Origin: Gemmatimonadota bacterium
GTDB lineage: Bacteria; Gemmatimonadota; Gemmatimonadetes; Gemmatimonadales; GWC2-71-9
Direction of reading: 5' to 3'
Assembly (NCBI GenBank): GCA_003246755.1
Contig: QKDC01000028.1
Coordinates: 1-60,421, forward strand
DNA length: 60,421 nt
The position numbers and the translations under genes were made by a program. The stretch's first letter is position 1, and each line of letters opens with the position of its first letter. Below the pieces are notes generated by a model. It ran no database searches. It was not told the origin of the DNA and was given only the letters and a program-made list of their open reading frames with translations. This document shows, in pieces, positions 1-13,149 of the stretch.

Positions 1-38
1 GGTGCGATTCGAGGCCGATTGAGAGTCCTTCGCCACAT
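1..38 (-). CDS. Probable 5' end of a gene running off the left edge (MWRRTLNRPRIA...)
   Basis: ATG at 38-36 on the minus strand, with GGAG (46-43) just upstream and an AT-rich region beyond it. Only 12 codons are visible. Confidence 0.35.
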   Translation of the reverse strand, partial: MWRRTLNRPRIA

Positions 39-46
39 CTTACTCC

Positions 47-76
47 AAATTCATATTCCCATGACAATATGATTTT
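47..76. promoter_or_regulatory. AT-rich inverted repeat, candidate operator site
   Basis: AAATTCATATT-N8-AATATGATTTT (10/11 match) in an otherwise GC-rich window, directly upstream of the ATG at 38. Confidence 0.4.
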
Positions 77-85
77 ATCTCTGTC

Positions 86-517
86 TTAGGCAAGTTCCGT
101 CGCCTGGGATCGCCCCGCGCCGAAAGGTTTGATTCGAGGCCAGGCGGTCCACGCGAAGAGCAGGACGGCCAACAACTCGGCCACCCGGCCAACCGCAGCG
201 ACCCAGGCATCTGCTCCGAGGCTGAGACCGCCGCCAGCCATCCAGACCCCACCGTTCAGGAGCCACCACGCCACGCGAATCGGTGACTCTGGGCCACGGG
301 CCTCCCCCCGAGTGCCGCCGCGGTGTTTGGGGAGAATCCAATAGGCCACACCGAGAGCGAGTTGGAGAACCCAGCCGAGCAAGAGGAGTTCAACGTGGAG
401 TGGTCGGAACCTCAGCATGATTCCTGGAATACCTGAGAGCAGGAATGCCCCGAGCAAGGAGCCGCCGAGGAGGGAAAGCAGTGCCGTGCGGATGAAGCGC
501 ACCGCGAGCGGAGGCAT
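86..517 (-). CDS. Small 4-TM membrane protein with a conserved His (NnrS/heme-copper-oxidase-like repeat unit)
   Basis: 143 aa with four hydrophobic helices. Its motif H-x-x-LL-x-x-GW-x-x-QL-x-x-G-x-A-x-W-x-x-P is shared with the adjacent gene. Confidence 0.7.
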   Translation of the reverse strand: MPPLAVRFIRTALLSLLGGSLLGAFLLSGIPGIMLRFRPLHVELLLLGWVLQLALGVAYWILPKHRGGTRGEARGPESPIRVAWWLLNGGVWMAGGGLSLGADAWVAAVGRVAELLAVLLFAWTAWPRIKPFGAGRSQATELA

Positions 518-520
518 TGC

Positions 521-916
521 TCAGCGCTCCTTGACGCGCGGCCAGACGTGCAAGACCAGCAGGAGGAGGGCGAGGAACTGCAGTGCGGCGGAGGTGAGCA
601 GGAAGGTGTGCCTCGGCTGACCGAACACCATCGGTTCGATCCCCGCTCGGAGGAGAAGGCCCAGATTCAGGAGGAGCAATCCGGCCCAGCCGACGCGCTC
701 ATCACCACGTGGGGTGGCCGCGGAGGCTCGCGGGAAGAGCCAGTGCGCGATGCCGAAGATGAGTTGCGTGAGCCATCCGACGACCAGGAGATGGAGGTAG
801 GTAGCCGAAAGACCCGCCCGTGCCGGCGACGACACCGCCAGTAGGACCCCGATCCCCATCCCACCCACGAGGTAGAGGAGCGCGCACTTGAGGGCGAACC
901 GGGTCAGACGGGGCGT
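521..916 (-). CDS. Paralogous small 4-TM membrane protein; probable ACG start at 916
   Basis: The track ORF 521..868 extends in frame to ACG-CCC-CGT-CTG (xPRLTRFALKCALLYLVGG), which aligns with the paralog N-terminus MPPLAVRFIRTALLSLLGG. GGAGG lies 7 nt upstream. Confidence 0.65.
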   Translation of the reverse strand, partial: TPRLTRFALKCALLYLVGGMGIGVLLAVSSPARAGLSATYLHLLVVGWLTQLIFGIAHWLFPRASAATPRGDERVGWAGLLLLNLGLLLRAGIEPMVFGQPRHTFLLTSAALQFLALLLLVLHVWPRVKER

Positions 917-1902
917 GGTCCCGCCTCCCGGAGCGCTTGGGCGAAACGTCGGACGATCTCCCCTGCAGGCTCGATCGAGGTGATTCCCTCCACACTCTTG
1001 CCCGCTTGCCAGTAGTCCTGCTCTCCCGTCTCATCGAGAGAGGATCGCTTGAGTTGCCACAGGGACTTGAGGGCATACAGAGTCCTCATCCAGTGCTTGC
1101 GCTTTCTCCCACGCAGCATCCAGCGTGCGAAGGGACCGGCCTTCAGTCCCATCCGGCGGACGAACGGTGTGTTGATCACGGCGACAGGCACACCGGTAAT
1201 CCGTTCGCTGAGCACGATGTCCTCTTCCTTGGCCCGAACGATCGCCTCTTTATAGGGCGCGCTCGTGCGGCACTCGGTGCTGGCGATGAACCTGGTCCCC
1301 ATTTGCACTCCGGCGTACCCCATCTCCAGGGCCCCGACGAACTGTTCCGGGCTGCCGATGCCGCCGGCACAGACCAGGGGGAGGCCGAGATCGGCGAGTT
1401 CGTCCCACAACTCCTGGGCGGACTTTGGTCCGGCGTGGCCTCCGGCTCGTCGGTTGACCGCGATGAGTCCATGGACCCCTCCATCGAGCCCCTTCTCGGC
1501 CCATTTTCGTTCCGTCACATCGTGATAAACGCATCCCCCGACCGCGGCAACCGCATCTACGACCCAACCTGGCTTTCCCAGAGACGTGACAAAGAACCGC
1601 ACACCCTCTTCGAGGGCCACATTCACCCACCGAACCATCCGTTCATGATAGGTCCGGCTCGAGGCCTCGATCAGCGCGTTCATACCGATGGGCTTCGATG
1701 TCAGGGACTTGATGTACCGGAGCCCCTCACGAAAATCATGCCCGTGCACATAGGTCAGCGAAATCGGCTGGACGATTCCGATGGCCCCAGCTTCTGACAC
1801 CGCCGCCACGAGTTCAGGGTTACTGCAGGGATACATCGCCCCGGCGATGAGTGGGACCTCGATCCCCGCGTGTCGAGTAAGGGCTGTCTCCGGCAAGCTC
1901 AT
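904..1902 (-). CDS. Nitronate monooxygenase / FabK-like FMN-dependent oxidoreductase
   Basis: AGGH and AGGI...GVQMGTRF motifs. Start placed at 1902 from the ATGA overlap with the upstream gene. Confidence 0.85.
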   Translation of the reverse strand: MSLPETALTRHAGIEVPLIAGAMYPCSNPELVAAVSEAGAIGIVQPISLTYVHGHDFREGLRYIKSLTSKPIGMNALIEASSRTYHERMVRWVNVALEEGVRFFVTSLGKPGWVVDAVAAVGGCVYHDVTERKWAEKGLDGGVHGLIAVNRRAGGHAGPKSAQELWDELADLGLPLVCAGGIGSPEQFVGALEMGYAGVQMGTRFIASTECRTSAPYKEAIVRAKEEDIVLSERITGVPVAVINTPFVRRMGLKAGPFARWMLRGRKRKHWMRTLYALKSLWQLKRSSLDETGEQDYWQAGKSVEGITSIEPAGEIVRRFAQALREAGPRPV

Positions 1903-2387
1903 GACGTCACTGGACTCAACAGCCAACGGACCGTGGTGCGGGCCACTAGGTCTTGCGTGGCATCGGTGATGAGGGTCTCGACATCGATTTCGGTGGGTTC
2001 CGTGACTCGTTGTGGTGGGGAGGAGGCACTAATTGCGGTGAGGGTGCCGCGACCTTTCTTCTCGAACTCGATGGAGAGGCTGACCGGGATGCCCCGCACG
2101 TCAGCGGAGAGGCCGAAGAGCATCCCGAGGCCACTGGTCACTTCCCCAAGATTGGCGAGAGCAAGCGCATGTACCGACTTGAGGTGATTTCTGACCCGGC
2201 GCCGGTCGCGCAGGGTGACCCGGGCAAATCCGGGACGCAATTCACGGACATGGGCGCCAATACTCCCGGTGTACGGGACTGTGAGGCCGAGCAGCCGGGA
2301 AAAGAGCCATGTTCCTCCCGGAAGTCGATGGAGGCGATCCCAGGCACGGATCACTGCGGTGATGGGGCTGAGGGAGGGTGTGGACAT
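1899..2387 (-). CDS. Hotdog-fold thioesterase-like protein (DUF4442/PaaI-like)
   Basis: 162 aa; VPYTGSI and NHLKSVHALALANLGE motifs typical of this family. Confidence 0.8.
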   Translation of the reverse strand: MSTPSLSPITAVIRAWDRLHRLPGGTWLFSRLLGLTVPYTGSIGAHVRELRPGFARVTLRDRRRVRNHLKSVHALALANLGEVTSGLGMLFGLSADVRGIPVSLSIEFEKKGRGTLTAISASSPPQRVTEPTEIDVETLITDATQDLVARTTVRWLLSPVTS

Positions 2388-2412
2388 TGAGATTCCTGTC
2401 AGTGATTGAGGA

Positions 2413-5584
<3,172 letters not shown>

Positions 5585-5748
5585 GAGATGCCTCGTCAGA
5601 TGGGGGCCGTTGGTTCGACGCACGACGGGTGAACGGGACCTCGAGAAGTTAGTGCGGGGCTTGGCAAACCGTGCAAGCTGGCGCATGGTTGGGCGTCTCT
5701 AGACACGACCGCCAGCAACTTGGACGCTTCTTGGCTGACGAGGGCACG

Positions 5749-6789
5749 ATGCTTCGAATCACTGCCGTGGGACTGTTTGCTTCGACGCTCGCGGGATGCG
5801 GGTTCCTGGGGTTGGGTGGCGGGGACGATCTCGTGGGATGTAGGGAAGGGTTCCAGTCCATCGCCGAGGTCACGGATGTCCAAGTGGCGGACCTGGGGAT
5901 AGGCGACGCAGGCCTTCTGGTCCAGGTCGACGGCGAGACCGTGTGCCGACTGCTGTATGGCGACTACACCCCGACGTCGCCCATGTACATCGCCTCGGCT
6001 GCGAAGTGGTTGAGTGCCGGGGCGATTCTGGCCTTGGTCGACAGAGGCGATCTGCAGCTTGATACCAAGGTGAGCACGTTTTATCCGAGTGCCTTGCACC
6101 CCCTTGCCGATGTGACGCTGGCACAACTCATCTCTCACACCTCGGGCATGCCCGGCTGGCACCCCTGTCTGGATGTCACCGAGGGTACGTTGGACATGTG
6201 TGTCCAGGACATGCTCGATCTCGATCTTCTGTTCCCGCCCGGGACGGGCTTCCTCTACGGGGGCCCCGCCTTCAGTCTCGCCGGCGCGATGGCGCAGCGA
6301 GCGACGGGGAAGCTCTGGTATGAGATCTTCGCCGAGGTGATGGCAACGCCCCTGAGACTCACCGCGACGACCTACCGCGAGGAGAATCCCACGTTGTCGG
6401 AAGGATTCGTCACGTCATCGCTGGAGGACTACGGACGGTTTGCCAGGATGATCCTGGATGACGGCGTCTGGAAAGGAAAGCGAGTCCTGTCACACGAGAT
6501 GGTCCTCGCCATGCGCACAGACTGGGCGGAGGGTACCACGCCGTACTATTCCCCAACCGAAACTGCCAGCTATGGCCTGGGTGCTTGGACTGGCTCCCTC
6601 GATGGGGACGGATACGCCCAGACACTCACCAGCCCCGGGGCCCAGGGGTTCTACCCGCTGGTGGACTACAACCGGCGCATGGTTGTCGTTTTCGCCGTCG
6701 AAGACAATATCCAGCGGATAGGCGACGGTCTGACCCAGATCCTTCGGGCCATCCGCGGGGCGGTCGACGCCTCCGCCGGAGTACCCTAG
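5749..6789 (+). CDS. Beta-lactamase-family serine hydrolase, lipoprotein
   Basis: Lipobox LAGC, SxxK motif (SAAK), LISHTSG, PGTGFLYG. Confidence 0.85.
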   Translation: MLRITAVGLFASTLAGCGFLGLGGGDDLVGCREGFQSIAEVTDVQVADLGIGDAGLLVQVDGETVCRLLYGDYTPTSPMYIASAAKWLSAGAILALVDRGDLQLDTKVSTFYPSALHPLADVTLAQLISHTSGMPGWHPCLDVTEGTLDMCVQDMLDLDLLFPPGTGFLYGGPAFSLAGAMAQRATGKLWYEIFAEVMATPLRLTATTYREENPTLSEGFVTSSLEDYGRFARMILDDGVWKGKRVLSHEMVLAMRTDWAEGTTPYYSPTETASYGLGAWTGSLDGDGYAQTLTSPGAQGFYPLVDYNRRMVVVFAVEDNIQRIGDGLTQILRAIRGAVDASAGVP

Positions 6790-7337
6790 GGAGTCTCGGC
6801 CACCAACCGGTCCCGGTACTGTGCCCTCAGCTTGGCGACCTTGGGCGCGATCATCGCCTGGCAATAGGCCTGCTCGGGATTGCGCAGGTAATAGTCCTGA
6901 TGGGACTCCTCCGCTTCGAAGAAGTCCGTCAACGGTACCAGTTCGGTGACGATGGGAGACGGGAAAACGTCCTCGGTGGCGAGGCGCGCAACGATCGCTT
7001 CTGCGGCCTGAAGCTGCTCGGCCGAATGATAGAACACCGCTGAGCGGTATTGGGTCCCGACGTCGGGGCCCTGTCGGTTGAGTGTGGTGGGGTCGTGGAA
7101 GGCGAAAAAGATTTCCAGGAGGTCCGGATAGGAAATCACCTCCGGATCGAACGTGATCTGAATGGCCTCGGCATGCCCTGTCGTCCCGCGACACACATCA
7201 CCGTACCCTGGATTTCGTACCGTGCCTCCAGTGTATCCCGAGACCACCCGGGTGACACCTCGAAGCGGCTTGAACACCGCCTCCAAGCACCAGAAGCATC
7301 CCCCTGCGAAGGTCGCCTGCATCTGTCTCATCCTCAT
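6786..7337 (-). CDS. msrA: Peptide methionine sulfoxide reductase A
   Basis: GGCFWC active site, GHAEAIQ, RQGPDVGTQYRS, AEESHQDYY and a C-terminal YC. Confidence 0.96.
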   Translation of the reverse strand: MRMRQMQATFAGGCFWCLEAVFKPLRGVTRVVSGYTGGTVRNPGYGDVCRGTTGHAEAIQITFDPEVISYPDLLEIFFAFHDPTTLNRQGPDVGTQYRSAVFYHSAEQLQAAEAIVARLATEDVFPSPIVTELVPLTDFFEAEESHQDYYLRNPEQAYCQAMIAPKVAKLRAQYRDRLVAETP

Positions 7338-7352
7338 TCTTCCGGTGGAGGT

Positions 7353-7646
7353 TCAGTCATCAAGCTCCCCGGCTTTCCGGAGAAAGCGCTCAGCGAGTTG
7401 CTCGTAGCGATCGTTCTCCTCCGCTCTCGCCTGTTCCAGCAGGCGTCTCACGGAGGGGACAAGACGCCGATCCCCGAAGAGATAGCCGGTTGCTTCTTCG
7501 GCACCAATCGAGTCGCCGATGTTCGCCCCATGCAAGAGGGCGCGTGCGGCGGCATCCCGAAATCCCGGATCGTCGGGAGGCGGTAAAGGATACCGCAGCC
7601 GGGGACTCGGACCGTCCTGGTCTTCGCTCACGAACGCGCGTGACAT
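7353..7646 (-). CDS. Hypothetical protein (97 aa, MSRAFVSE N-terminus)
   Basis: GGAGG 8 nt upstream of the ATG at 7646; same strand and 15 nt upstream of msrA. Confidence 0.7.
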   Translation of the reverse strand: MSRAFVSEDQDGPSPRLRYPLPPPDDPGFRDAAARALLHGANIGDSIGAEEATGYLFGDRRLVPSVRRLLEQARAEENDRYEQLAERFLRKAGELDD

Positions 7647-7725
7647 GACCAGAACCTCCATGGCCAAGGCTCCAGGTCAAGGGGTTACAATTGCTGCTCC
7701 CGCCGGGGAGGCCTATTCTTCTTCG

Positions 7726-7810
7726 ACCGCCAGGGGCATCCTGTGCTCACCGGGATTGAGAACGCACCCTTGGAACCTGATCCGGTTCAAACCGGCGGAG
7801 GGAGCGCGGT
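7726..7810 (+). ncRNA. TPP riboswitch
   Basis: P1 ACCGC/GCGGT enclosing AGGGG...TGAGA...ACCCTTGGAACCTGATCCGG...CCGGCGGAGGGA, directly upstream of thiC. Confidence 0.93.
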
Positions 7811-7866
7811 ACAGAATCCAGGGCAACTTGTCAGGCATCTGTGCTTCGCTCCCCCATTGGCGCTGA

Positions 7867-9552
<1,686 letters not shown>

Positions 9553-9567
9553 CTTCACTGCAGGAGT

Positions 9568-10506
9568 ATGAGAATGCGCAGAGTCTGTGTCTTGATCGGT
9601 ATCACCCTCATCGCCTGTGGGGGAGGGGGGGAGGATGCGACACCCGAATCTGGGTCCGTTGCGCCACGTCGGGCCTCGCTTGTCGCGGTTGTGGACAGCT
9701 TCGCGACTCCCGAATCCGCCATCTTCGACCCGGAGCAGGATGTCTGGTTCGTGACGAACATCAATGGAAATCCTTCAGCGAAAGACAACAACGGCTTCAT
9801 CAGCCGGATCGACCCCGATGGCACGATACAGGACTTGCGATTCATCCAGGGTGGATCTTCTGGAGTAACTCTCCACGCGCCAAAGGGCACTGCCCTTCAG
9901 GGAGATACGCTCTGGGTGGCCGACATCGATGCGATTCGGGGCTTCGACAAGAGAACTGGTGTGACAGTGGAGACGGTGGATCTCAGTGGTCAGGCTCACT
10001 TCCTCAACGACATTGCCGTCCATCCCGATCGATCGCTCTACGTGACGGATACCGGGATCGAGTTCGACGCAAACGGGGAGATGAGTCATCCAGGGCCCGA
10101 CCAGGTTTTCCGAGTATTCGATGGGCAAGCCCGTGTGGTGTTGGCGGACGAACGCCTGCAGAGCCCCAATGGCATCGCATGGGACGAGGCCTTCAAGCGA
10201 TTCGTGATCGTTCCCTTTGGTGGCACCGAACTACTGCGGTGGAGCATGGCCGTCGGGTTCACCCCTCTCGGAGAAGGACCGGGAGGACAGGATGGAGTGG
10301 TCGTGCTGCCTGGGGAGATGCTCCTCGTGTCGAGTTGGGCGGATTCCACCCTCTTTCTCATGGGTACCGATCGGGTCCGGATCCCGTTGATTACAAACGT
10401 CCCGTCACCGGCAGACATCGGATACGACTCTTCGAGGAGTCGCGTGGCCATTCCGCTCTTTCAGAACAATCAGGTGCAGATTTGGACGATCCCCCCGACG
10501 GGTTAG
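9568..10506 (+). CDS. SMP-30/gluconolactonase-like beta-propeller lipoprotein
   Basis: Lipobox LIAC; PES, NDI, PNGI and DG propeller motifs. Confidence 0.8.
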   Translation: MRMRRVCVLIGITLIACGGGGEDATPESGSVAPRRASLVAVVDSFATPESAIFDPEQDVWFVTNINGNPSAKDNNGFISRIDPDGTIQDLRFIQGGSSGVTLHAPKGTALQGDTLWVADIDAIRGFDKRTGVTVETVDLSGQAHFLNDIAVHPDRSLYVTDTGIEFDANGEMSHPGPDQVFRVFDGQARVVLADERLQSPNGIAWDEAFKRFVIVPFGGTELLRWSMAVGFTPLGEGPGGQDGVVVLPGEMLLVSSWADSTLFLMGTDRVRIPLITNVPSPADIGYDSSRSRVAIPLFQNNQVQIWTIPPTG

Positions 10507-10877
10507 TCCCCTCGAAATCGTATCCGGGCCAGGGCGATGAGGACCGTGAGCACTCCAACACCGACGATCAAAGCCGTCGCGGACATCCCGCCGAGGGAGG
10601 GGAGATCCAACTTCCCTCCACCGCCGGCAAACTGAAAAGCCACCATGCCAGCGAGCAGGGCGGCGACCAAACCTCCCACGATGGCTGCGGCCTTCGCCGG
10701 TGCGACCTCCGGTTTGTCCTTCCCCTTGGCCAGCTGCAGCGCGTGTTGGATCTCCGCGCGACTCAGTGAGGGGAACTCACGCTGATAGGCGTCGATGGTC
10801 TCCTCGAGCCGGCGCGCTAGCTCCTCCGTTTGTCGCGAAGGGCGGGAAGGGGGCATTGGGACTGGGACAAAAACCAT
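10503..10877 (-). CDS. Hypothetical membrane protein
   Basis: GGAGG 5 nt before the ATG at 10877; a helical N-terminal domain followed by two TM segments. Confidence 0.65.
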   Translation of the reverse strand: MVFVPVPMPPSRPSRQTEELARRLEETIDAYQREFPSLSRAEIQHALQLAKGKDKPEVAPAKAAAIVGGLVAALLAGMVAFQFAGGGGKLDLPSLGGMSATALIVGVGVLTVLIALARIRFRGD

Positions 10878-11002
10878 GGGCACCTCCGGTTGGTCAGGTC
10901 CGAGCCTGAGTACATTGGAATCTGTACTGAACTGGACCCGTGTGCATCTCTGATCGAATGAGGTTCCCGGGCCGACCCCGTCTCATGTATCGTTGGTAAC
11001 CC

Positions 11003-12271
11003 ATGTCCCCTTTGCTGTCGGCCGTTCTTGGATTGCTGATTGGGATCGGTCTCGGTGCCGGCATCCTCTTCCGTCGCCACCGATCGGATGGTTCGACGCC
11101 CGACACTCAGGCAAACACTCCCGACGATCAGACCCAGCGATTGGCCGACGCCGGTCGTCAACTCTCCACCGTCGCTCACGAGTTGAGCAGTCCGCTCACC
11201 GCCATTCTGGCGTTTTCGGACGATCTGCTCCAGGCCGAACCGCGGGTCGAGCAACGGGAGGCGCTGCTCGTCATCAGGCACCAAGCCCGCCGCTCCCGCG
11301 TGCTGTTGCGCGGTCTCCTCGAAGCGGTGCGGGGGAGGGAGGCCGGTGCCGTGAAAGAGCGGGCTCGTATCGATCCGGCAGAACTCGTGTCGCGGGTTGC
11401 TCGGGTCACCGAGCGGGAATGCGAAGAACGGGGGTTGGAATTCGATTGTGTTGTCGTCCCCGCGGTCCCCGCCATCGTGGGCGACGTGGCAGGGTTGGAG
11501 CAGGTGCTGTCGAATCTTCTGCAGAATGCCTGTCAGGCAACACCGCGAGGGGGGAAAGTCTCTCTGACAGTTCAGGTACGCGGGAGACTTCTCGAGTTCG
11601 TCGTGCGGGACAACGGTCCGGGTATACCCCCTGAAATATTCCCGTACATCTTCGAGCCATTCTACTCAACCAAGCCCGACCACGAGGGGACAGGTCTCGG
11701 CCTCTCGATCTCACAAGGCATCGTGCGAAACCACAATGGCATCCTGACCGCGGAAAACATTCCCGACGCAGAGGGTGGTGGAGCACGCTTCGTGGTCGCG
11801 ATGCCCTTTGATGACCGGCGGTGGAGGGACCGCAGTGGGGGTTCCGAGGCATTGGTGGGGGAGCGGGCGAGGACCGAACGGCCCGGACCCGCGGGGCGCC
11901 GTGTGCTACTCGCGGAGGATGAGGTGACGGTGCGACAGGCCGTACGCCGTTTCCTCGAACACAGAGGTTGGTACGTCACCGAAGTGGGAGATGGCCGGGC
12001 CGCCCTCGCCATCCTGCTTCCGGAAGAGGGGGAGGCACCGTTCGACGCTGTGGTCTGTGATCTCCATCTCCCAGGGATCTCCGGGGTCGTGGTGTATGGG
12101 AGGGTCTGCGCCGAATCTTCTCATCTGCAAAAACGCTTCCTCCTCATGACGGGCGATAGCACCAACCCCGTCGTGACCAGGTTCAGACAGCGCACCAACG
12201 CCGAGGTTCTCGAAAAACCCTTTGAACTCGAGGTCTTGGCCGAGACCCTCGAACGGATTGTGCTTCGATGA
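11003..12271 (+). CDS. Hybrid sensor histidine kinase (1 TM + HisKA + HATPase + receiver)
   Basis: AHELSSPL (H box), NLLQNA, DNGPGI, FEPFYSTK, GTGLGL; receiver motifs LAEDE, CDLHLP and KPF. Confidence 0.92.
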   Translation: MSPLLSAVLGLLIGIGLGAGILFRRHRSDGSTPDTQANTPDDQTQRLADAGRQLSTVAHELSSPLTAILAFSDDLLQAEPRVEQREALLVIRHQARRSRVLLRGLLEAVRGREAGAVKERARIDPAELVSRVARVTERECEERGLEFDCVVVPAVPAIVGDVAGLEQVLSNLLQNACQATPRGGKVSLTVQVRGRLLEFVVRDNGPGIPPEIFPYIFEPFYSTKPDHEGTGLGLSISQGIVRNHNGILTAENIPDAEGGGARFVVAMPFDDRRWRDRSGGSEALVGERARTERPGPAGRRVLLAEDEVTVRQAVRRFLEHRGWYVTEVGDGRAALAILLPEEGEAPFDAVVCDLHLPGISGVVVYGRVCAESSHLQKRFLLMTGDSTNPVVTRFRQRTNAEVLEKPFELEVLAETLERIVLR

Positions 12272-12314
12272 ACGACGGGGCTCGGCTCACCAGAGGTCAC
12301 CTGGCTCCCCGGTG

Positions 12315-13145
12315 ATGCTGCTCGGATTCGCCCTGGCGATTTGTATCGGCATCGTGCTCGGGGCCCTCGGTGGGGGTGGGGCGGTCCTCACGGTCCCCCT
12401 CTTGGTTTATGTCTTCGGTGTGGGGATGAAGCATGCCGTCCCCATGAGTCTGGTCGTGGTTGGCCTCACCAGCGTGTTGGGTGTGTACCGCTACCAAAGG
12501 CTGGGACACGTCGACGTCGGAGCCGCCATCATCTTCGGTCCTGCGGCGATGATCGGTGCCATCCTGGGAACCGAAGTGGCCTTTCTGGTGAGTGGACAGG
12601 TTCAGTTGCTCGTCTTCGGCGTTCTGCTCCTTCTCGCTGCGACCCTGATGCTCCGCCGATCACGTGCCCGACACCCGGCCATCAGGACCGGTCGTCGGCC
12701 GGTCATCTTGCTGGCTCTGATCGGAACCGGTGTGGGGTTCCTGACTGGACTGGTGGGTGTTGGAGGAGGCTTCATGTATGTCCCGGCCCTCGCCCTCCTG
12801 GCGGGCCTGGAGATGCACGCGGCGGTTGGCACGTCTCTGGCCTTGATTGCCTTGAGTTGTAGCGCGGGTCTGCTTCGCTACATTGGCCGTATCGATCTCG
12901 ATTGGCAGCTCACCGGAGCGATTACCATCCTCGCCTTGCTCGGCGTTGCGATAGGCACCGCCGTTGCTTCGCGCCTCCCGCAGCAGACGCTGCGGCGGAC
13001 GTTTGCGATTCTCTTGCTCGTCATGGGTGGGTTTGTTCTTTTGAGAGGGGAAGGACGTCCACCGCAGTCACGGATTGAAGAAACCACCATCAGTCAGGCT
13101 CTCATCGAGCGCTCCCTGATACACCTGTTCCCTTGGAGGTCGTGA
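12315..13145 (+). CDS. TauE/SafE family sulfite exporter
   Basis: Duplicated G-x-GGG-x-x-x-VP motifs, AVGTSL, about 8 TM helices. Confidence 0.9.
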   Translation: MLLGFALAICIGIVLGALGGGGAVLTVPLLVYVFGVGMKHAVPMSLVVVGLTSVLGVYRYQRLGHVDVGAAIIFGPAAMIGAILGTEVAFLVSGQVQLLVFGVLLLLAATLMLRRSRARHPAIRTGRRPVILLALIGTGVGFLTGLVGVGGGFMYVPALALLAGLEMHAAVGTSLALIALSCSAGLLRYIGRIDLDWQLTGAITILALLGVAIGTAVASRLPQQTLRRTFAILLLVMGGFVLLRGEGRPPQSRIEETTISQALIERSLIHLFPWRS

Positions 13146-13149
13146 CCGC

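Noticed and set aside
6786-7337. Second selenoprotein among the other redox genes (msrA, DUF411, rhodanese)
   Set aside because: Their catalytic positions are ordinary Cys codons and I found no other motif-interrupting TGA.
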